DNA of 27,301 nt, from IMG/VR virus record IMGVR_UViG_3300048592_000447, positions 1-27,301 of that record. One strand, given 5' to 3'. The position numbers and the translations under genes were made by a program. Source of the stretch: a virus (Duplodnaviria > Caudoviricetes). The notes beneath the pieces are model-generated. The model was given only the letters and a program-made list of their open reading frames with translations. It ran no database searches and was not told where the DNA came from. The number at the start of each line of letters is the position of its first letter. Within the stretch, counting starts at the first letter, position 1. Below are positions 25,844 to 27,301 of the stretch, piece by piece.

Positions 25844-26761
25844 TTACGCGCCTTTGCAGCCTACCCAGCCTCTCCAAGAGGCGACCAGGAACGAGTACGC
25901 GATGCGCACTTTGATGACAATGTCATCGGTGTCCTCGTCGATATACATCTTGAAGATTGGACCTTCTCTCAAGAAGAAATAGGTCTGAATCTGGGTTGGG
26001 TCGCAAGCGTAGAACTGAGTATTCTTATACTCGTCCGGAGCGTTCGCCAAGAAAGGCAAACAAATCGGGTCGTAGTCGAATACGTTGATATCGAAGTCTT
26101 GCTTGCCAGCTTCGTATTGCCCTGTCATCGAGAGCTGTTTGGCTCTGCGGCGCAGTTTGGGCGGTACGAATACACGCAAGCGCTTTCCGTTGCCCATCGG
26201 GCAAAGACCATTTCTCTCGTTTCTGGTTTCGAGCAAGTTGACTTCGATATCGTTCAACGTATCGGAGCCGAACGCGCCTGTAATCAGGTTCGAGTAGGTC
26301 TTACCAGGGGCTTTGGCGAGGCTGTGCTCGCCGAACCATGCGCCACCGTCCGGAGATTTGGTCTGCAAGAACCCGTTGTAAATCAGGCTTGCAGCGTCTT
26401 CATTGAGTTTGCGCTGAACGGATTCAGCCAGACCCCATGATTTCTTTTCCATTTCTTCGTACATATTGTCGCGCTTCATTTGGTGGGAGATGCGCTCCTC
26501 ACCGGTAAAGTCGTCATGCACGACCGACGCGAGTCGGACCTTTTCGGTTTGAAGGCGAACATAGGGCGCGCCTTCGGGGGTTTTTACGACCGGACCAGGC
26601 ATCGCGTACTCAAGCATTTCCTCGCGGCGTTTTTTCGATTTGACCTCGATGAACGCTTTCTTCCAGTCGGTTTGTTCTTCCAGACCGGCGGTGAAATTCT
26701 TGAATAGGGTTTTTTCGGACTGTTCCAGCCAATCTTGGATGGTGATTGTGCCTGCTGACAT
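25844..26761 (-). CDS. Major capsid protein (HK97 fold, Mu gpT-like)
   Basis: 305 aa; TPEGAP, ISHQMKRDN, AASLIYNGF, DGGAWFGEHS, VFVPPKL, WRGWVG pattern; AAGGAG RBS. Confidence 0.85.
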   Translation of the reverse strand: MSAGTITIQDWLEQSEKTLFKNFTAGLEEQTDWKKAFIEVKSKKRREEMLEYAMPGPVVKTPEGAPYVRLQTEKVRLASVVHDDFTGEERISHQMKRDNMYEEMEKKSWGLAESVQRKLNEDAASLIYNGFLQTKSPDGGAWFGEHSLAKAPGKTYSNLITGAFGSDTLNDIEVNLLETRNERNGLCPMGNGKRLRVFVPPKLRRRAKQLSMTGQYEAGKQDFDINVFDYDPICLPFLANAPDEYKNTQFYACDPTQIQTYFFLREGPIFKMYIDEDTDDIVIKVRIAYSFLVASWRGWVGCKGA

Positions 26762-26772
26762 TTTGAAACTCC

Positions 26773-27294
26773 TTATTCAACATCAGGGAAAGAAACTTCA
26801 ACCCAAAACTCTTTCGGATTGAGGTTGTAGCCTTCGATACGAGCGTGACCGCCGGACGCGCCAGCGATTTTCGGGTCAATACCTTGAGCTGCCTCAACCG
26901 AGGAGAGCTTGATGGCGCTCGAACCGATGCCTTTCGGCAGGATGGAGATAACCGTCGCGACCGACGGAGCCGTGTCTCTCGCGGGCGAGAAAGTGACAGT
27001 GTGAGTGCCACCGGCTTCGGCATCATTTGTGATGGCGTGGTGAGTGTCGGTGTCGTGAAAATAAATCACACCGCCGTCGAAATCACCCGCCGATGCACCA
27101 CTCAAGAATTTCGCCGTGGTTGTAGTCCCGGCTTCTGAGCAAGCGTCTGAGTCAATCTCCAAACCTTCGCCGGTAAGGGAAGTTTTGAAAACAGCGTCAC
27201 CGCCCATCGCGTGCATATATTGAATAAATTCACATGCAGCAGTTGTGTTTTCCGGATTGGTTGCCGGTTTGCGCATCTCGTCTGCGCGAGCCAC
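26773..27294 (-). CDS. Putative head decoration/cement protein (start may lie beyond the window)
   Basis: Immediately upstream of the capsid gene; beta-rich; GTG start sits at the window edge. Confidence 0.55.
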   Translation of the reverse strand: MARADEMRKPATNPENTTAACEFIQYMHAMGGDAVFKTSLTGEGLEIDSDACSEAGTTTTAKFLSGASAGDFDGGVIYFHDTDTHHAITNDAEAGGTHTVTFSPARDTAPSVATVISILPKGIGSSAIKLSSVEAAQGIDPKIAGASGGHARIEGYNLNPKEFWVEVSFPDVE

Positions 27295-27301
27295 GCGGGA
27301 A

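Larger units (their letters stand above)
1..27301. mobile_element. Tailed bacteriophage / prophage genome segment (podovirus-like structural module)
   Basis: Capsid, adaptor, stabiliser, tail collar/fibre, lysozyme, RecT-like, RusA, primase and helicase genes in two tightly packed converging arms; no cellular housekeeping genes. Integrated vs free state cannot be determined (no integrase or att seen). Confidence 0.95.

Noticed and set aside
24961-26440. Long + strand ORFs (233 and 244 aa) opposite the capsid region
   Set aside because: Antisense to well-supported structural genes, with no recognisable motifs.

Overview
The whole window reads as part of a tailed dsDNA (Caudoviricetes-like) phage or prophage genome with two converging arms. 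No host housekeeping genes, RNA genes, integrase or CRISPR array are visible. The + arm (70-7237) carries small early-type genes, a shortened beta-clamp (DnaN-like) gene, a tandem duplication containing two genes with pure GCT/TAT/GAT Ala-Tyr-Asp tracts, and a SNF2/HARP-like helicase. The - arm runs from capsid through adaptor/stabiliser, tail-fibre/collar genes and lysozyme/holin to a recombination-replication block (RecT-like, Gam-like, RusA, primase, DnaB-like), then an RHH regulator and a train of small genes. The most unusual signal is that five virion-module proteins carry textbook N-terminal Sec-type signal peptides while the capsid, adaptor, stabiliser and lysin do not; this hints at an export-dependent, extracytoplasmic step in virion assembly. 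Other notable signals: aperiodic three-codon repeat tracts, a near-identical 17-21 bp RBS/stop/start junction repeated four times, a shared TGCTATC-N5-GGTAGCA palindrome upstream of both arms, and a two-domain sliding clamp. All product calls come from motif recognition by eye; no database searches were run.
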